From Gemmatimonadota bacterium (lineage in GTDB: Bacteria; Gemmatimonadota; Gemmatimonadetes; Gemmatimonadales; GWC2-71-9), in the NCBI GenBank assembly GCA_039591655.1, contig JBDHDE010000002.1, forward strand, positions 49,078-113,077: DNA of 64,000 nucleotides. The letters are read 5' to 3'. The notes beneath the pieces are model-generated. The model had not been told where the DNA came from, searched no databases, and was given only the letters and a program-made list of their open reading frames with translations. Below are positions 1 to 11,277 of the stretch, in pieces. The position numbers and the translations under genes were made by a program. Numbering within the stretch: position 1 is the first letter of the stretch; every line of letters begins with the position of its first letter.

Positions 1-2272
1 CGAAGGGCACCAGGCGCAGCGCACCCTGCACTCCTATGGGATCGGCACGCAACCGGGTGAACAGCCGCGCCGCGCGTGTGGGCCCCGGTACCTCCAGCTC
101 CGGCTCTATCTGAAGCAACGTCAGGGTGCTCGAGCCGCCACGCACAGTGGCGTCGACGATCCCCGCCAGAAACTCGGACTCTCCAGCCTCCAGGGCCGCC
201 ATGAGCCGCAGGCGCACCACCGAGTCGGCGGGCGTTCCACCCACCCACCAATAGGGCTCCACGCCACCCAACCGGCCCACTCCCATGGGCGCAGCGGGGG
301 CCCCCAGGAGCGCGCCGGACGCCCCCCCGCTCTGCAGCAACCCCAGCTGAATGGCGAAGAGCTCCCTCGGATAGCGTAGGTGGGACGCCAGCTCGCCAGG
401 CATCTGGCCGGCGGGCCGCACGATCTCCGGGGCAATCTGGGCCCACGCCCGGCTCAACGGATCGGAATCGTCGGTGAGATACACCGCGGTCTCACCGGTG
501 CTCGCCTCGACGACGCCTACGAGACTGGATCGCAGGTAGCGCACCGTCTCCCGACGCCAGCGTGTCCGGGGCACCAGGGGGAACGCACGGGCCCGCACGT
601 ACCCAGTCGCCAGCCAGTAGAGGCGGCCATCGGCGACCACGGCGTGTGGCGCGGAGAACCGCGCGAAGGGCGCGTAGCGATCCAGCCGTCCGACGATGTC
701 GCGGTGCCACAGGACGAGGGAGGTATCGGCCACGGCGTCCGACGTGACGAGCCGGGGACTCTGCAGCGACCAGGCCAGCGCCAACTGGCGCCACCAACTG
801 CCGGCCGGCACGCCGGCAATCGCTCCACCCTGCGGCAGCACCGCGAAGTTTACCGCCCCGGGGCTGAACAGCACCCGCGGATCGTCGAGCATGAGCTCTT
901 GCAGCCGGGGTCGGCCCGAGTCCGGTCGCTCGAGGTCGGTGACGAACAAGGGCAATCCCGTCTCCGAGATCCCATGCGCCTGGACCGCCACGGCGCCCGA
1001 GGCTGCGGCATACTCCCCGACGTGTACCCGCTCCCACGACAGGTCCACGGCGGCGTTGCGCGCCGCCGCCAGATCGACTTCCCGAGCCGCCACGTAGACC
1101 GGCACCGCGCGGCCCCGCGCGGTCCGATAGACACCCAGCGTCGCGTCGGTGACCCGGAGATGTTCCACCTGGGCTGCCGCGCGATTGAGGAACACGGTGA
1201 CGGCGAAGGCGTCCCACAGGGGGCCGGCCTCCAGCTCGGCGCGGTGTTGCCGCACACTCGAGGGCTCGGGAGGGGCCCCGAGGTCCAGCATGGCATGTGA
1301 GCTCCCGGCGCCAAACGCCTCCCGCAGGAAGGCGGACCGGCTGGCCTCGACTTGCTCGAGGTGGAGCTCCTCCGGCGTGCGAACCGCACCCGCGAACGCC
1401 GGCACGAGATAGTGACCGGCGAACGAAACGGCCGCGAGCAACGTCCACGGCACCACGACGACCGCAACCCGCCGGCTCCACATCCAGAAGAGCGACGCGC
1501 CCGCGGTGATCAGTGCGAGCACGCTGAGCATTCGCGCGACTGGGATTCGCACGCCGCTGAGTACCGTGTCGGCGGGGACGTCGTGGATCCCGGCCACGTA
1601 CTCGGCCGGCTCCAGGCGGTATCCCCAGAACAGGGCCAGCGCGAAGGCGAGGAGGAGGCCTGCGAGGTGCCAGCGGGCCAGGTCGTTCACCCGCAGTCGG
1701 CGGCGACCGCCCCAGCGGATCGCGCCGACGGCCGCGTAGAGGACCGCCGTGATCCCGAGCATCACTCCGCTCAGCAGGGTGACGAAGGAGTGAATGGTGC
1801 GCTGCCAGGGAAGCTGATAGAGGTAGTAGCCGATGTCGCGCCCCAGCACGGGGTCCGTGACGCCCAGCGGCACATCGAATCCCGCCAGGGCCCGCGCATA
1901 CCACCATCCATCGGCCCGATGGCTGAAGGCGATGGCAAGCAGCAGCCCCGCCGCGGCAGCGGCCACCAGCAGGTAGTGCCGCGGCACCGCCTCCAGGATC
2001 TCCAAGTTGCCCAGCCGGCGGGGAACGTGAACCGACCCGATGGAGCGGTAGACCAGGTAGAGGTTTCCGAGGCACCAGCTCGCCGCGGCGACGAAGGCTG
2101 TGAGCAACAGCATCGTCTGGAGCGACCGGACGTGAGCGTGGGTGGCGCCGACGCCCAGCGCTTCAGCCCACAGCGCGTCGGCGGTGGACACGGCCAGCCA
2201 TCGCCCGCCGAGCAGGGCGATCAGCGCGGCCGCGACGGCCAGCTTCACCAGCCACTTGCCCCGCGGCCCCAT
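1..2272 (-). CDS. UPF0182 family membrane protein (3' end runs off window)
   Basis: Absent from the ORF track, consistent with no stop before the window edge. My translation from the ATG at 2272 gives MGPRGKWLVKLAVAAALIALLGGRWLAVSTADALWAEALG...SVHVPRRLGNLEILEAVP, resembling UPF0182. Starts 4 nt after the pmm stop. Only the two ends were translated by hand. Confidence 0.75.
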   Translation of the reverse strand, partial: MGPRGKWLVKLAVAAALIALLGGRWLAVSTADALWAEALGVGATHAHVRSLQTMLLLTAFVAAASWCLGNLYLVYRSIGSVHVPRRLGNLEILEAVPRHYLLVAAAAAGLLLAIAFSHRADGWWYARALAGFDVPLGVTDPVLGRDIGYYLYQLPWQRTIHSFVTLLSGVMLGITAVLYAAVGAIRWGGRRRLRVNDLARWHLAGLLLAFALALFWGYRLEPAEYVAGIHDVPADTVLSGVRIPVARMLSVLALITAGASLFWMWSRRVAVVVVPWTLLAAVSFAGHYLVPAFAGAVRTPEELHLEQVEASRSAFLREAFGAGSSHAMLDLGAPPEPSSVRQHRAELEAGPLWDAFAVTVFLNRAAAQVEHLRVTDATLGVYRTARGRAVPVYVAAREVDLAAARNAAVDLSWERVHVGEYAAASGAVAVQAHGISETGLPLFVTDLERPDSGRPRLQELMLDDPRVLFSPGAVNFAVLPQGGAIAGVPAGSWWRQLALAWSLQSPRLVTSDAVADTSLVLWHRDIVGRLDRYAPFARFSAPHAVVADGRLYWLATGYVRARAFPLVPRTRWRRETVRYLRSSLVGVVEASTGETAVYLTDDSDPLSRAWAQIAPEIVRPAGQMPGELASHLRYPRELFAIQLGLLQSGGASGALLGAPAAPMGVGRLGGVEPYWWVGGTPADSVVRLRLMAALEAGESEFLAGIVDATVRGGSSTLTLLQIEPELEVPGPTRAARLFTRLRADPIGVQGALRLVPF

Positions 2273-2276
2273 GGGC

Positions 2277-3650
2277 TTACCCCGTGGTGTCCTGCTCCCC
2301 AAGCCAGCCCTCCACTTCCCGGCGATTGCCGGCGAGTGCCTCCTCGGAGGACGCTTCAAAGCGGAGCACGAGCACCGGCTGCGTGTTGGAGGCGCGCAGC
2401 AGGCCCCACCCGTCGGGGAATGTGATCCGCACGCCATCCAGGGTCAGCACCTCGTACCGCTCGCCGAAGTGGCGGGCCGCCGCCTCGACGACGGCGAACT
2501 TGCGCTCCTCGGCGCAATCCACGCGTAACTCGGGTGTGGCGAAGCTCTTGGGGAGATCGGCGAGCAGCGTGGAGAGCGGTCCCGCGCCTCGCGCCACGAT
2601 AGCGATGAGCCGCGCCGCCGCGTAGAGGGCGTCGTCGAAGCCGTAGTAGTCGCCGCCGAAGAACATGTGTCCGCTCATCTCGCCGGCCAGCGGAGCCCCG
2701 GTCTCTCTCATCTTGGCCTTGATGAGCGAATGCCCGGTCTTCCATATGACCGGCTCGAGCCCGACCGCTGCCAGCGCGTCGGCCAACACGTTCGAGCATT
2801 TCACGTCGAAGATGACGGCGTGTCCTGTGCCAGCGCGATCGGCGAGGTCGCGACCGAACAGCACCAGAAGCTGATCTCCGTAGACCACCGCGCCGCTCTC
2901 GTCCACTGCACCGATCCGGTCTCCGTCCCCGTCGAACGCGATGCCCAACTCGGCCTCAGTGCGCCGCACGGCGGCTTGGAGGTCCACGAGGTTCTCCGGC
3001 ACCGTCGGGTCCGGGTGGTGGTTCGGGAAGGTGCCGTCGGATTCACAGAAGAGCGGCACCACGTCGGCCCCGAGACGGGTGAGCGCCTCTTCGGCCGCCA
3101 GGCTCGCAGTGCCGTTCCCGCAGTCCACCACGACCTTTACCGGTCGAGCGATGGGACCGTTGCGGGACACGATGGTATCTACGTAGCGCCGCAGCACCGA
3201 GTCATTGGCCTCGATCGTACCGTGGCCCGTGTCGCTTGCATCGGTCTCGATCAGCTGCCGGATCTGCTGGATATCATCCCCGTAGAGCGTCTCGCCCGCG
3301 ACCACCATCTTGAATCCGTTGAACTCAGGTGGGTTGTGCGAGCCGGTGACCTGGATTCCCCCATCCACCTCCAACTCGTGCAGGGCGAGATAGAGCGCCG
3401 GTGTGGGTACCAGACCGACGTCGACGGCCGAGCCGCCCGCCTGAGCCACGCCATCGCGCACGGCCCGGGCCAGGAGCTCACCCGAGGGTCGGTTGTCACG
3501 CCCCACGGCCACCCTGGGATCCCGCCCGATCCTCGAGCGCGCAATGGTCGCGACGGCCCGGCCGATGGCATGGGCCACGGGCGCAGTGAGCTCTTGGTCC
3601 ACGACGCCCCGGATGTCGTATTGCCGGAAGATGAAGGAGGGTACGTCCAC
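2277..3650 (-). CDS. phosphomannomutase/phosphoglucomutase
   Basis: FRQYDIRG, TGSHNP catalytic Ser loop, DGDGDR metal loop, GEMSGH sugar loop. Confidence 0.95.
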   Translation of the reverse strand: MDVPSFIFRQYDIRGVVDQELTAPVAHAIGRAVATIARSRIGRDPRVAVGRDNRPSGELLARAVRDGVAQAGGSAVDVGLVPTPALYLALHELEVDGGIQVTGSHNPPEFNGFKMVVAGETLYGDDIQQIRQLIETDASDTGHGTIEANDSVLRRYVDTIVSRNGPIARPVKVVVDCGNGTASLAAEEALTRLGADVVPLFCESDGTFPNHHPDPTVPENLVDLQAAVRRTEAELGIAFDGDGDRIGAVDESGAVVYGDQLLVLFGRDLADRAGTGHAVIFDVKCSNVLADALAAVGLEPVIWKTGHSLIKAKMRETGAPLAGEMSGHMFFGGDYYGFDDALYAAARLIAIVARGAGPLSTLLADLPKSFATPELRVDCAEERKFAVVEAAARHFGERYEVLTLDGVRITFPDGWGLLRASNTQPVLVLRFEASSEEALAGNRREVEGWLGEQDTTG

Positions 3651-3711
3651 GTCGTCCTCGGTGGATCAGGCCAGCCGCACTACCCGTGGGTCCGGCACGG
3701 GGGGCGGTTGG

Positions 3712-5223
3712 CTACCTCGAAACCGTCAGCATGACCGCCGGCCTGAGCTCCTCACTCCCCCGACGCGCCACGTCCATGGCGCGGCCGGGCCAGACACCCA
3801 GCAGCAACAGGATCACGGCTGTGGCCCCCACCACCCAGCGGGCGATACCGACGACTCGTGTGTGCTCGTGCGCGGTCTCGGAGGCGGGGGGCTTCATGTA
3901 CATCGCCATGATGACCGGTAGGTAGTAGCCTGCCGACACGACGGTGGCGCCGACCAGCACCACGGCCAGGAGGCCCTGCCCTGCATCCACGACCGCCGAC
4001 AAGATATACCACTTGCCAATGAAGCCGGCCGTGCCCGGGAACCCCAGCAGGGAGAGCATGAACACGGTCATGGCGAAGGCCGTCCAGGGACGGTGCTTGG
4101 CAAGCCCGTCGAGATGGTCGATCCGAACGTCGCGCTCGCCGCGGCGGCCGGCAGCACCCAGGACTGCGAACGCCCCGACCGTCATGAGCGTGTACGCCAG
4201 CACGTAGAACAGGAACGCAGCGGCGCCGAGCGCAGTGCCGCTGGCCACCGTGGCCAGCAGGTAACCGGCGTGTCCGATGGAGCTGTAGGCGAGCATCCGC
4301 TTGAGGTTTCGCTGCGCCAGTGCGACGAGGTTGCCCACGACCATCGTGATGGCCGCCAGCCACCACACGATCTCTGTCCAGACCGCCTCGGCGGGCACGA
4401 GGGCCTCGAGCAGCAGACGGATCATGGCGGCGAAGGCCGCGGCTTTCACCGCCGCCGCCATGAAGGCGGTGATCGGGGTCGGCGCGCCGTCGTACACGTC
4501 GGGCGTCCACATGTGGAACGGCACTGCCGCCACCTTGAACGCGAACCCCACCAGCAGCATGGTCAACCCGACGAGCAGCATGACGTTATCGTCGAGGCCC
4601 AGCGTGGATATCTGCACGTAGATGAGCGCAAGGTTGGTGGTCCCGGTGGAGCCGTAGATCAGCGCGATGCCGTACAGGAGGAACCCTGAAGCGAAGGCGC
4701 CAAGGAGAAAGTACTTGAGCGAAGCCTCCGCCGCGAAGACGCTGCGGCGATCGATACCCGCCAGCACGTAGACGCAGACGGACATCAACTCCAGGCCGAG
4801 GAAGATGACGACCAGGTCAGCGCCTCCGCCCATGAACATCATCCCGAGCGTGGCCAGCAGGAGCAGCACGTAGTACTCCGGCACCACGATGCGCTCCCGC
4901 CCCAGGTAGCCCAGGGACAGCAGCACGGCGAGCGTCGCCCCTAGCAGGAAGATCACGTCGGTGGCGTAGCGGAAGCCGTCCAGCGCGATCATCGTCTCGA
5001 GTCCCAGGGACCGCACATCGCGGATCCAGAACACCAGGACCGCCAGCAGCGTCAGGATGAGGCCCACTGTAGCGAGATGCCCCACGAGGCGCTGGTCGCC
5101 CTCACTCCGGTGCCGCCACGACACCACGATCACCAGCACCAGGATCCACGTCGTGAGCACGAGCTCCGGGAGGAGCGCGAGAACCATGCCGCCGGGGCGG
5201 CCCAGGTCAATCAGCGATCCCAT
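3712..5223 (-). CDS. nuoN: NADH-quinone oxidoreductase subunit N
   Basis: EASLKYFLLG, FKVAAVPFHMWTPDVYDGAP, KRMLAYSSIGH; last gene of operon. Confidence 0.95.
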   Translation of the reverse strand: MGSLIDLGRPGGMVLALLPELVLTTWILVLVIVVSWRHRSEGDQRLVGHLATVGLILTLLAVLVFWIRDVRSLGLETMIALDGFRYATDVIFLLGATLAVLLSLGYLGRERIVVPEYYVLLLLATLGMMFMGGGADLVVIFLGLELMSVCVYVLAGIDRRSVFAAEASLKYFLLGAFASGFLLYGIALIYGSTGTTNLALIYVQISTLGLDDNVMLLVGLTMLLVGFAFKVAAVPFHMWTPDVYDGAPTPITAFMAAAVKAAAFAAMIRLLLEALVPAEAVWTEIVWWLAAITMVVGNLVALAQRNLKRMLAYSSIGHAGYLLATVASGTALGAAAFLFYVLAYTLMTVGAFAVLGAAGRRGERDVRIDHLDGLAKHRPWTAFAMTVFMLSLLGFPGTAGFIGKWYILSAVVDAGQGLLAVVLVGATVVSAGYYLPVIMAMYMKPPASETAHEHTRVVGIARWVVGATAVILLLLGVWPGRAMDVARRGSEELRPAVMLTVSR

Positions 5224-6755
5224 GCTCGCCCCTCTTCCGTCCCCCGGACCGTGGTGAACGACTCCTGCGGACCCCGAACCTGCTCCACCAGCGCCTCTGC
5301 CGACGCCTCCACCCGGTGGAGGAACGGCGCGGGATAGACGCCGATCCAGACGATGAGCACGATCAACGGCACCAGCACCAGCAGCTCGCGCCGCGACAGA
5401 TCAGGCATCCCCTCGTTCTCGGGCTTGTCGAGCTTGTTGTAGATGATCCGCTGCAGGGCCCGCAACAGGTACATGGCCGCGACGATGACGCCGGTCGCTG
5501 CGATCACTACGGCCCACGGATAGACGCCGAACGATCCCACGAGCACCAGGAACTCCCCGATGAAGCCGTTGGTCCCCGGCAACCCCACGGAGGACAAGGC
5601 CACGATGGTCAGCACCGTCGCCAGCATCGGGACCACCCTGGCCAACCCGCCAAAGGCAGCGATCTCCCTGGTGTGGGCCCGCTCATACAGCATCCCGGCG
5701 AGGAAGAACAGTGCTCCCGTGGAGACCCCATGGCTGATCATGATGATGATCGCCCCCTCCACGCTCTGCACCGTCACCGCCCAGATCCCGAGCATCACGA
5801 ATCCGAGATGCGCCACGGACGAGTAGGCGACCAGCTTCTTGAAGTCGGGCTGCACCATGGCGACCAGCCCGCCGTAGATGATCCCCACGACCGCGAGTAT
5901 CACCACGACGTTGACGACCGCCGGATCCAGAACCACCTGCGGGAAGAAAGGCAGCGCGAACCGCAGGAATCCGTACGTCCCCATCTTCAGGAGGATGCCG
6001 GCCAGGATCACGGACCCGGCGGTGGGGGCCTCGACGTGGGCATCCGGGAGCCACGTGTGGAACGGAAACAGCGGGACCTTGATCGCGAACGCCAGGAAGA
6101 ACGCGCCGAACAGCCAGAACGCCCCGCGATACGTCACCGCGATGTTCGCCAGGATGTGGTCGTACGCGAACGAGTAGGTACCGGTCGCGCGTCCCACCTG
6201 GTAGTTGATGGTCAGGATCGCCACCAGCATGAGCAGCGACCCGACGAAGGTGAACACGAAGAACTTGATCGCGGCGTACAACCGTCGCGGCCCACCCCAA
6301 ACCCCGATGATGAAGTACATCGGGATCAGCATGATCTCCCAGAACACGTAGAACACGAAGAGATCGAGGGCGACGAAGACCCCCAACATGCCTGTAGTGA
6401 GCACGAGGAGCAACGCATAGTACCCACGCTGCCGCTCCTTGATGTAGTTCCAGCTACCGAGCACGGCGAGCGGCATCGTGAACGTCGTGAGCAGCACCAT
6501 GAAGAGCGAGATGCCGTCCAGCCCGAGACGGAACCACACACCCCAGCCCGGGATCCACGGCCGCGCGACTTCGAACTGCATGGCCGCCGTCCCCGGCTCG
6601 AACACCCACCAGAGGGGCACCGACAGCAGGAACTCCGCCGTGGCCGCCACGACAGCCACCCACTTGGCCTCCCGCTCCGGGCGGAGCAACACGACGAGCC
6701 CCGCCACCAGGGGAAGGGCCAGCAACCCGTCGAGCACCCAAGCCTCGTAGTTCAT
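5211..6755 (-). CDS. nuoM: NADH-quinone oxidoreductase subunit M
   Basis: FAIKVPLFPFHTWLPDAHVEAPT, KKLVAYSSVAH. Confidence 0.95.
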   Translation of the reverse strand: MNYEAWVLDGLLALPLVAGLVVLLRPEREAKWVAVVAATAEFLLSVPLWWVFEPGTAAMQFEVARPWIPGWGVWFRLGLDGISLFMVLLTTFTMPLAVLGSWNYIKERQRGYYALLLVLTTGMLGVFVALDLFVFYVFWEIMLIPMYFIIGVWGGPRRLYAAIKFFVFTFVGSLLMLVAILTINYQVGRATGTYSFAYDHILANIAVTYRGAFWLFGAFFLAFAIKVPLFPFHTWLPDAHVEAPTAGSVILAGILLKMGTYGFLRFALPFFPQVVLDPAVVNVVVILAVVGIIYGGLVAMVQPDFKKLVAYSSVAHLGFVMLGIWAVTVQSVEGAIIIMISHGVSTGALFFLAGMLYERAHTREIAAFGGLARVVPMLATVLTIVALSSVGLPGTNGFIGEFLVLVGSFGVYPWAVVIAATGVIVAAMYLLRALQRIIYNKLDKPENEGMPDLSRRELLVLVPLIVLIVWIGVYPAPFLHRVEASAEALVEQVRGPQESFTTVRGTEEGRAWDR

Positions 6756-6759
6756 AGCA

Positions 6760-8739
6760 CTACCCCGTCACCACCCGGAGCAGGATCAGCGCAGCCAGCA
6801 CGAAGAGGAACATGTACGTGCCCACGTACCCGGTCTGGAGCCGGCTGCCGATCCATCCCATGGCCCGAGCGAACGTCGCGGACCCGTTCGCGGCGAACCC
6901 GTCGATGATGCCTTTGTCCACCACCTTCCACAGCACATTCTCCGAAAACCACATGATGGGCCGCACGATCAGCGTGTCGTAGATCTCATCCACGTACCAC
7001 TTGTTTACGAGCACTTTCTGGATTCCCGATTCCGCCGGCGCCTCGCGCGCCGGCTTCAGCCGCTCGGGCTTGAGCAGCTGCCAGGCTCCCGCGATGCCGA
7101 GCGCCACCACCACCGTGGCTAGACCCACGAGGGCCCACTCGGTGCCATGGGAGAGATGCGCTTCCGGCAAGTAGCGGGCACCCAGCTCGGTAACCGGCTC
7201 CATCCAGTGGTGCAGCCACCCGCTGCCGGGGAGGATCTCCGGCAGGTTGATTACGCCCGCGACGATACTGCCGATCGCCAGCGCCACCAGCGGCCCCGTC
7301 ATGACCCACGGGGCCTCGTGCAGGTGCCTCTCCTCCTCGGTACCCGTCCGGTTGGGCCCGTGGAAGGTGTAGATCATCAGCCGGGTCATGTAGAAGGCTG
7401 TGAGCAGTGCCGTCACGACACCCACCGCCCACAGCACGTAGAAGGCCGAGGCCTCGTGGCCCCGGGCGAAGGTCGCCGCCAGGATCTCATCCTTGGAGAA
7501 GAACCCCGACAATCCCGGTACCCCCGCGATCGCCAGCGTAGCCACCCACATCAGCGCCGCCGTCCACGGCATCCAGCGACGGAGGCCGCCCATGTTGCGC
7601 ATGTCCTGGGCATCCTCGTGCCGGTTCGAATGGTGATACGCGTGATGCAACGCATGGATCACGCTGCCCGATCCGAGGAACAGCAGTGCCTTGAAGAAGG
7701 CGTGGGTGGTGAGGTGAAACATGCCCGCGGCGTACGCTCCGACGCCCACGCCCATGAACATGTAGCCGAGCTGCGAGACGGTGGAGTACGCCAGCACCTT
7801 CTTGATGTCCCACTGCTTCAGTGCGACTGTCGCCGCGAACAGCGCCGTCACGGTTCCTACCGCGGCCACGACAAAGCTCGACACGGGCGCCATGGCAAAC
7901 AGGACATTGGTCCGGGCCACCAGGTAGACGCCCGCCGTCACCATCGTCGCCGCGTGGATCAGGGCCGAAACCGGCGTCGGGCCCGCCATGGCATCAGGAA
8001 GCCAGGTGTACAACGGAATCTGAGCCGACTTGCCGACACATCCCAGGAAGAGCGCGAGGGTAATCAGCGTGATTGTGGTACCGCCGATGGCGAACGCCCG
8101 CGGCGCCTGCTCGAACACCGCCGTGAACGATAGGCTTCCCACCGCATGGAAGATCAGGAACATCGCTACCATGAAGCCGACATCCCCGATCCGATTCATG
8201 ATGAACGCCTTCTTGCCGGCGTTCGCGTAGTCCTGGTTCTCGAACCAGAAGCCGATGAGCAGGTAACTGCAGAGCCCCACCCCCTCCCATCCCACAAACA
8301 TCACGGGGAAATTGGCCCCGAGCACCAGCATCAGCATGAAGAAGACGAACAGATTGAGATACGCGAAGTACCGCGGATACCCCGGATCCTCGCCCATGTA
8401 GCCGACGCTGAAGATGTGGATCAGCGCGCTCACACCCGTCACCACGAGCAGCATCACGGCCGACAGCTGATCCACCTGCAGCGCGAACGCGACCTCGAGG
8501 TTGCCCGCCGGAATCCACCGCCAGTACGTGAGCACGTAGGGCGCGTCGTTCGGCTGCGAGGCGAGCCCGACTACGACCGCGAGAGCGGCGAGGAATGACA
8601 GGATCAACACGCCCACACCGATCGTGCTAACGGTCCGCTTGGCGTCGCGGCGCAGCAGGGCGATGGACCCGTTCACCAGGAATCCCAGCAACGGGAACAG
8701 CAACACCAACCACACCCACCCGACCGATGCCGGCATCAT
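6760..8739 (-). CDS. nuoL: NADH-quinone oxidoreductase subunit L
   Basis: [42 protein letters not shown]. Confidence 0.96.
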   Translation of the reverse strand: MMPASVGWVWLVLLFPLLGFLVNGSIALLRRDAKRTVSTIGVGVLILSFLAALAVVVGLASQPNDAPYVLTYWRWIPAGNLEVAFALQVDQLSAVMLLVVTGVSALIHIFSVGYMGEDPGYPRYFAYLNLFVFFMLMLVLGANFPVMFVGWEGVGLCSYLLIGFWFENQDYANAGKKAFIMNRIGDVGFMVAMFLIFHAVGSLSFTAVFEQAPRAFAIGGTTITLITLALFLGCVGKSAQIPLYTWLPDAMAGPTPVSALIHAATMVTAGVYLVARTNVLFAMAPVSSFVVAAVGTVTALFAATVALKQWDIKKVLAYSTVSQLGYMFMGVGVGAYAAGMFHLTTHAFFKALLFLGSGSVIHALHHAYHHSNRHEDAQDMRNMGGLRRWMPWTAALMWVATLAIAGVPGLSGFFSKDEILAATFARGHEASAFYVLWAVGVVTALLTAFYMTRLMIYTFHGPNRTGTEEERHLHEAPWVMTGPLVALAIGSIVAGVINLPEILPGSGWLHHWMEPVTELGARYLPEAHLSHGTEWALVGLATVVVALGIAGAWQLLKPERLKPAREAPAESGIQKVLVNKWYVDEIYDTLIVRPIMWFSENVLWKVVDKGIIDGFAANGSATFARAMGWIGSRLQTGYVGTYMFLFVLAALILLRVVTG

Positions 8740-9032
8740 CCCCTCAGCAGATTGATCTCTCTGACGTCGACCGTGCTCTTGTGTCGGTAGATCCCGATCA
8801 TGATAGCGAGACCGACCACCGCTTCGGCTGCGGCGACTGCCATCACGAAGAACACGATCACCTGACCCTCACGGCCCAACTGCTGTGCCAACGCGATGAA
8901 CGCGAGGTTCGCCGCGTTCAGCATCAGCTCGATGCACATGAAGATCACGATGGCATTCCGGCGGAACAGCACCCCGGCTACGCCGAGGCTGAACAGGATG
9001 GCCGAAAGACCCAGCGATGGTCCGAGGAGCAC
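8736..9032 (-). CDS. nuoK: NADH-quinone oxidoreductase subunit K
   Basis: [27 protein letters not shown]. Confidence 0.95.
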   Translation of the reverse strand: MLLGPSLGLSAILFSLGVAGVLFRRNAIVIFMCIELMLNAANLAFIALAQQLGREGQVIVFFVMAVAAAEAVVGLAIMIGIYRHKSTVDVREINLLRG

Positions 9033-9560
9033 TTAGAGCCTCCTCTTCGCCAGCACCACCGCCCCCACAATAGCGGCGAGCAGCAGCACTGAAGTGATCT
9101 CAAACGGTACGAGAAAATCGCGGAACAAGGGCTCCGCGATGACCCCAACGGCTCCCTGCTCCTCCGTCATCTGCACGATGACCTCCCGGGGCAGCCGGAT
9201 CTCCTCCGCTGGGGCGATTCGCGTCAGCACCCACAACTCCATGGCGAGAAGCGTCCCCACCGCCAGCATGACGAGACGGCCCGTCCATCCCAGCATGTCG
9301 GTCCCGGCGTCGCGCCCGAGGTTGAGGAGCATGATCACGAACAGGAACAACACCATGATCGCGCCGGCGTACACCAGAACCTGAATCGCGGCGATGAAAT
9401 GCGCGTCGAGGAGCACGAAGATCGCCGCGAGGGCGAACAGGGTGCTCACGAGCCACAGCGCGCTCGCCACCGGACTCCGGCGCGTGATGCAGAAGAAGGC
9501 CGAAATGACGGCGACGGAGGCGAAGAACCAGAAGACGGCTTCGATCTGAGTCACGATCAC
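9033..9560 (-). CDS. nuoJ: NADH-quinone oxidoreductase subunit J
   Basis: QVLVYAGAIMVLFLFVIMLL, PFEITSVLLL. Confidence 0.95.
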   Translation of the reverse strand: MIVTQIEAVFWFFASVAVISAFFCITRRSPVASALWLVSTLFALAAIFVLLDAHFIAAIQVLVYAGAIMVLFLFVIMLLNLGRDAGTDMLGWTGRLVMLAVGTLLAMELWVLTRIAPAEEIRLPREVIVQMTEEQGAVGVIAEPLFRDFLVPFEITSVLLLAAIVGAVVLAKRRL

Positions 9561-10066
9561 TCACCCTTGGGATCCGAGGGATCCCAGAGTGTGGATACCG
9601 GATGCGTCTGAGCGCAAAGCCGCTCCAGGTCGTACACGAACCGATCGCGCTCGTACTCCGAATTCTCGTAGTGCACGCCCACGTGAATGGCTTCCTCGGG
9701 ACATACCTCCTGGCAGTACCCGCAGAACACACAACGGAACTCGTCGATCTCGTAGATCAGCGGATACCGGTGGCCCTCCTCATCCTCACCCGGCACCAGC
9801 TTGATGCAGTTGGCGGGACAGATCTGCGGGCAGAGACCACATGCTACACACTTCGCGCGGCCCTGCTCATCCGTCAGCATCCGGTGCGTCCCACGCCAGC
9901 GCGGCGCGAGGGTCCACGTATCCGTGGACTTCTGCTCCGGGTACTGCATCGTCCATTTCCTCTGCATCAGATGCCGGAACGTGAGGGCCATCCCCTTGAC
10001 CGCGGCCCGCAGGTAGGAGACCTCGCTGTCAGGGCGCTTCATGACCTTGACGCCGATCGCCATCAC
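9557..10066 (-). CDS. nuoI: NADH-quinone oxidoreductase subunit I
   Basis: Two CxxCxxCxxxCP 4Fe-4S motifs (CVACGLCPQICP, CVFCGYCQEVCP). Confidence 0.95.
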   Translation of the reverse strand: MMAIGVKVMKRPDSEVSYLRAAVKGMALTFRHLMQRKWTMQYPEQKSTDTWTLAPRWRGTHRMLTDEQGRAKCVACGLCPQICPANCIKLVPGEDEEGHRYPLIYEIDEFRCVFCGYCQEVCPEEAIHVGVHYENSEYERDRFVYDLERLCAQTHPVSTLWDPSDPKGE

Positions 10067-11277
10067 GCCCTCCGTTCCCGCCGGGCGTGCTGGCCGACGA
10101 TCAAGCGGTCAACATCGATGATTCGCGCCACCACGACGAGCACCACTACGTTCAGCCCAAAGAGCGCGAAACCGTACACCTCATTCTGCCGCAACCCCAG
10201 CTCGTCCAGCGTCCAGACGGCCGTCGCGATGATCATGATGTACGACAGCGCCATCGGCAGCATGACCTTCCACCCCAGCGACATCAGCTGGTCGTACCGG
10301 AACCGTGGCAGGGTCCAACGCACCCAGATGTACCAGAAGACGAAGAAGAAGGTCTTGCCCAGGAAGACGATCAGCGTCGCTAGCGACTTGAGCACGGTCG
10401 GCTCACCCTGGTCCCAGCTCGTGAACGGAATGTCCCATCCGCCGAAGAACAGGGTCGCGATGAGAGCCGACATCGTGATCAATGCCCCATACTCCGCCAG
10501 GAAGAACATGGCGAAACGCATGGAGCTGTACTCCGTGTGATAGCCCCCCACCAGTTCACTCTCCGCTTCGGGCAGATCGAACGGCAAGCGATTGCCTTCC
10601 GCCAAAGCCGATACCGCGAACAACACGAACCCGAAGGTGAGGGCGATCACGAACCACACGGTCTGCTGCTGGTAGGCGATGACCTCGTTCAGGGTCACGT
10701 CACCCACCAGGATCAGCACGGCGATGACGCTCATCCCGAGCGCGATCTCGTAGCTGATCATTTGCGCGCTCGAGCGCAGCCCACCCAGGAACGAGTACTT
10801 GTTGCCCGAGGACCACCCCGCCATCACGACGCCGTACACTGCGAGGCTCGAGATGGCCAGGATGAAGAGCAGGCCTATTGAGATGTCGGCCACGATCATG
10901 GGCATCGGGCCGTCGAATACGAAGCGCCCCAGCAGCGGCACAGTGAAATCGAACGACAGCGGAAGGGGGGCCGCAAACGGGATCACGGCGAACAGAATCA
11001 AGGAGGGCACGAAGGACATTCCCGGGGCCAGCAAGAACAACACCCGGTCCGCCTGCCCGGGCAGTGTCTCCTCCTTGACGAAGTTCTTGATGCCGTCGGC
11101 GATGGGCTGGTACAGCCCCTGCGGCCCCGCCCGGTTGGGCCCCAGCCGGTTCTGGATCCACGCAGCCACCCGTCGCTCCAGCCAGGTCACGAACGCCACG
11201 CCCAAGAGGAGCGCGAAGAAGACCACCACCAGCTTCACGACGCCGACCAGCAGGAATCCCTTGAGTTCTGGCGTCAC
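10063..11277 (-). CDS. nuoH: NADH-quinone oxidoreductase subunit H
   Basis: ERRVAAWIQNRLGPN, NRLPFDLPEAESELVGGYHTEYS, RWTLPRFRYDQLM. Confidence 0.96.
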   Translation of the reverse strand: MTPELKGFLLVGVVKLVVVFFALLLGVAFVTWLERRVAAWIQNRLGPNRAGPQGLYQPIADGIKNFVKEETLPGQADRVLFLLAPGMSFVPSLILFAVIPFAAPLPLSFDFTVPLLGRFVFDGPMPMIVADISIGLLFILAISSLAVYGVVMAGWSSGNKYSFLGGLRSSAQMISYEIALGMSVIAVLILVGDVTLNEVIAYQQQTVWFVIALTFGFVLFAVSALAEGNRLPFDLPEAESELVGGYHTEYSSMRFAMFFLAEYGALITMSALIATLFFGGWDIPFTSWDQGEPTVLKSLATLIVFLGKTFFFVFWYIWVRWTLPRFRYDQLMSLGWKVMLPMALSYIMIIATAVWTLDELGLRQNEVYGFALFGLNVVVLVVVARIIDVDRLIVGQHARRERRA

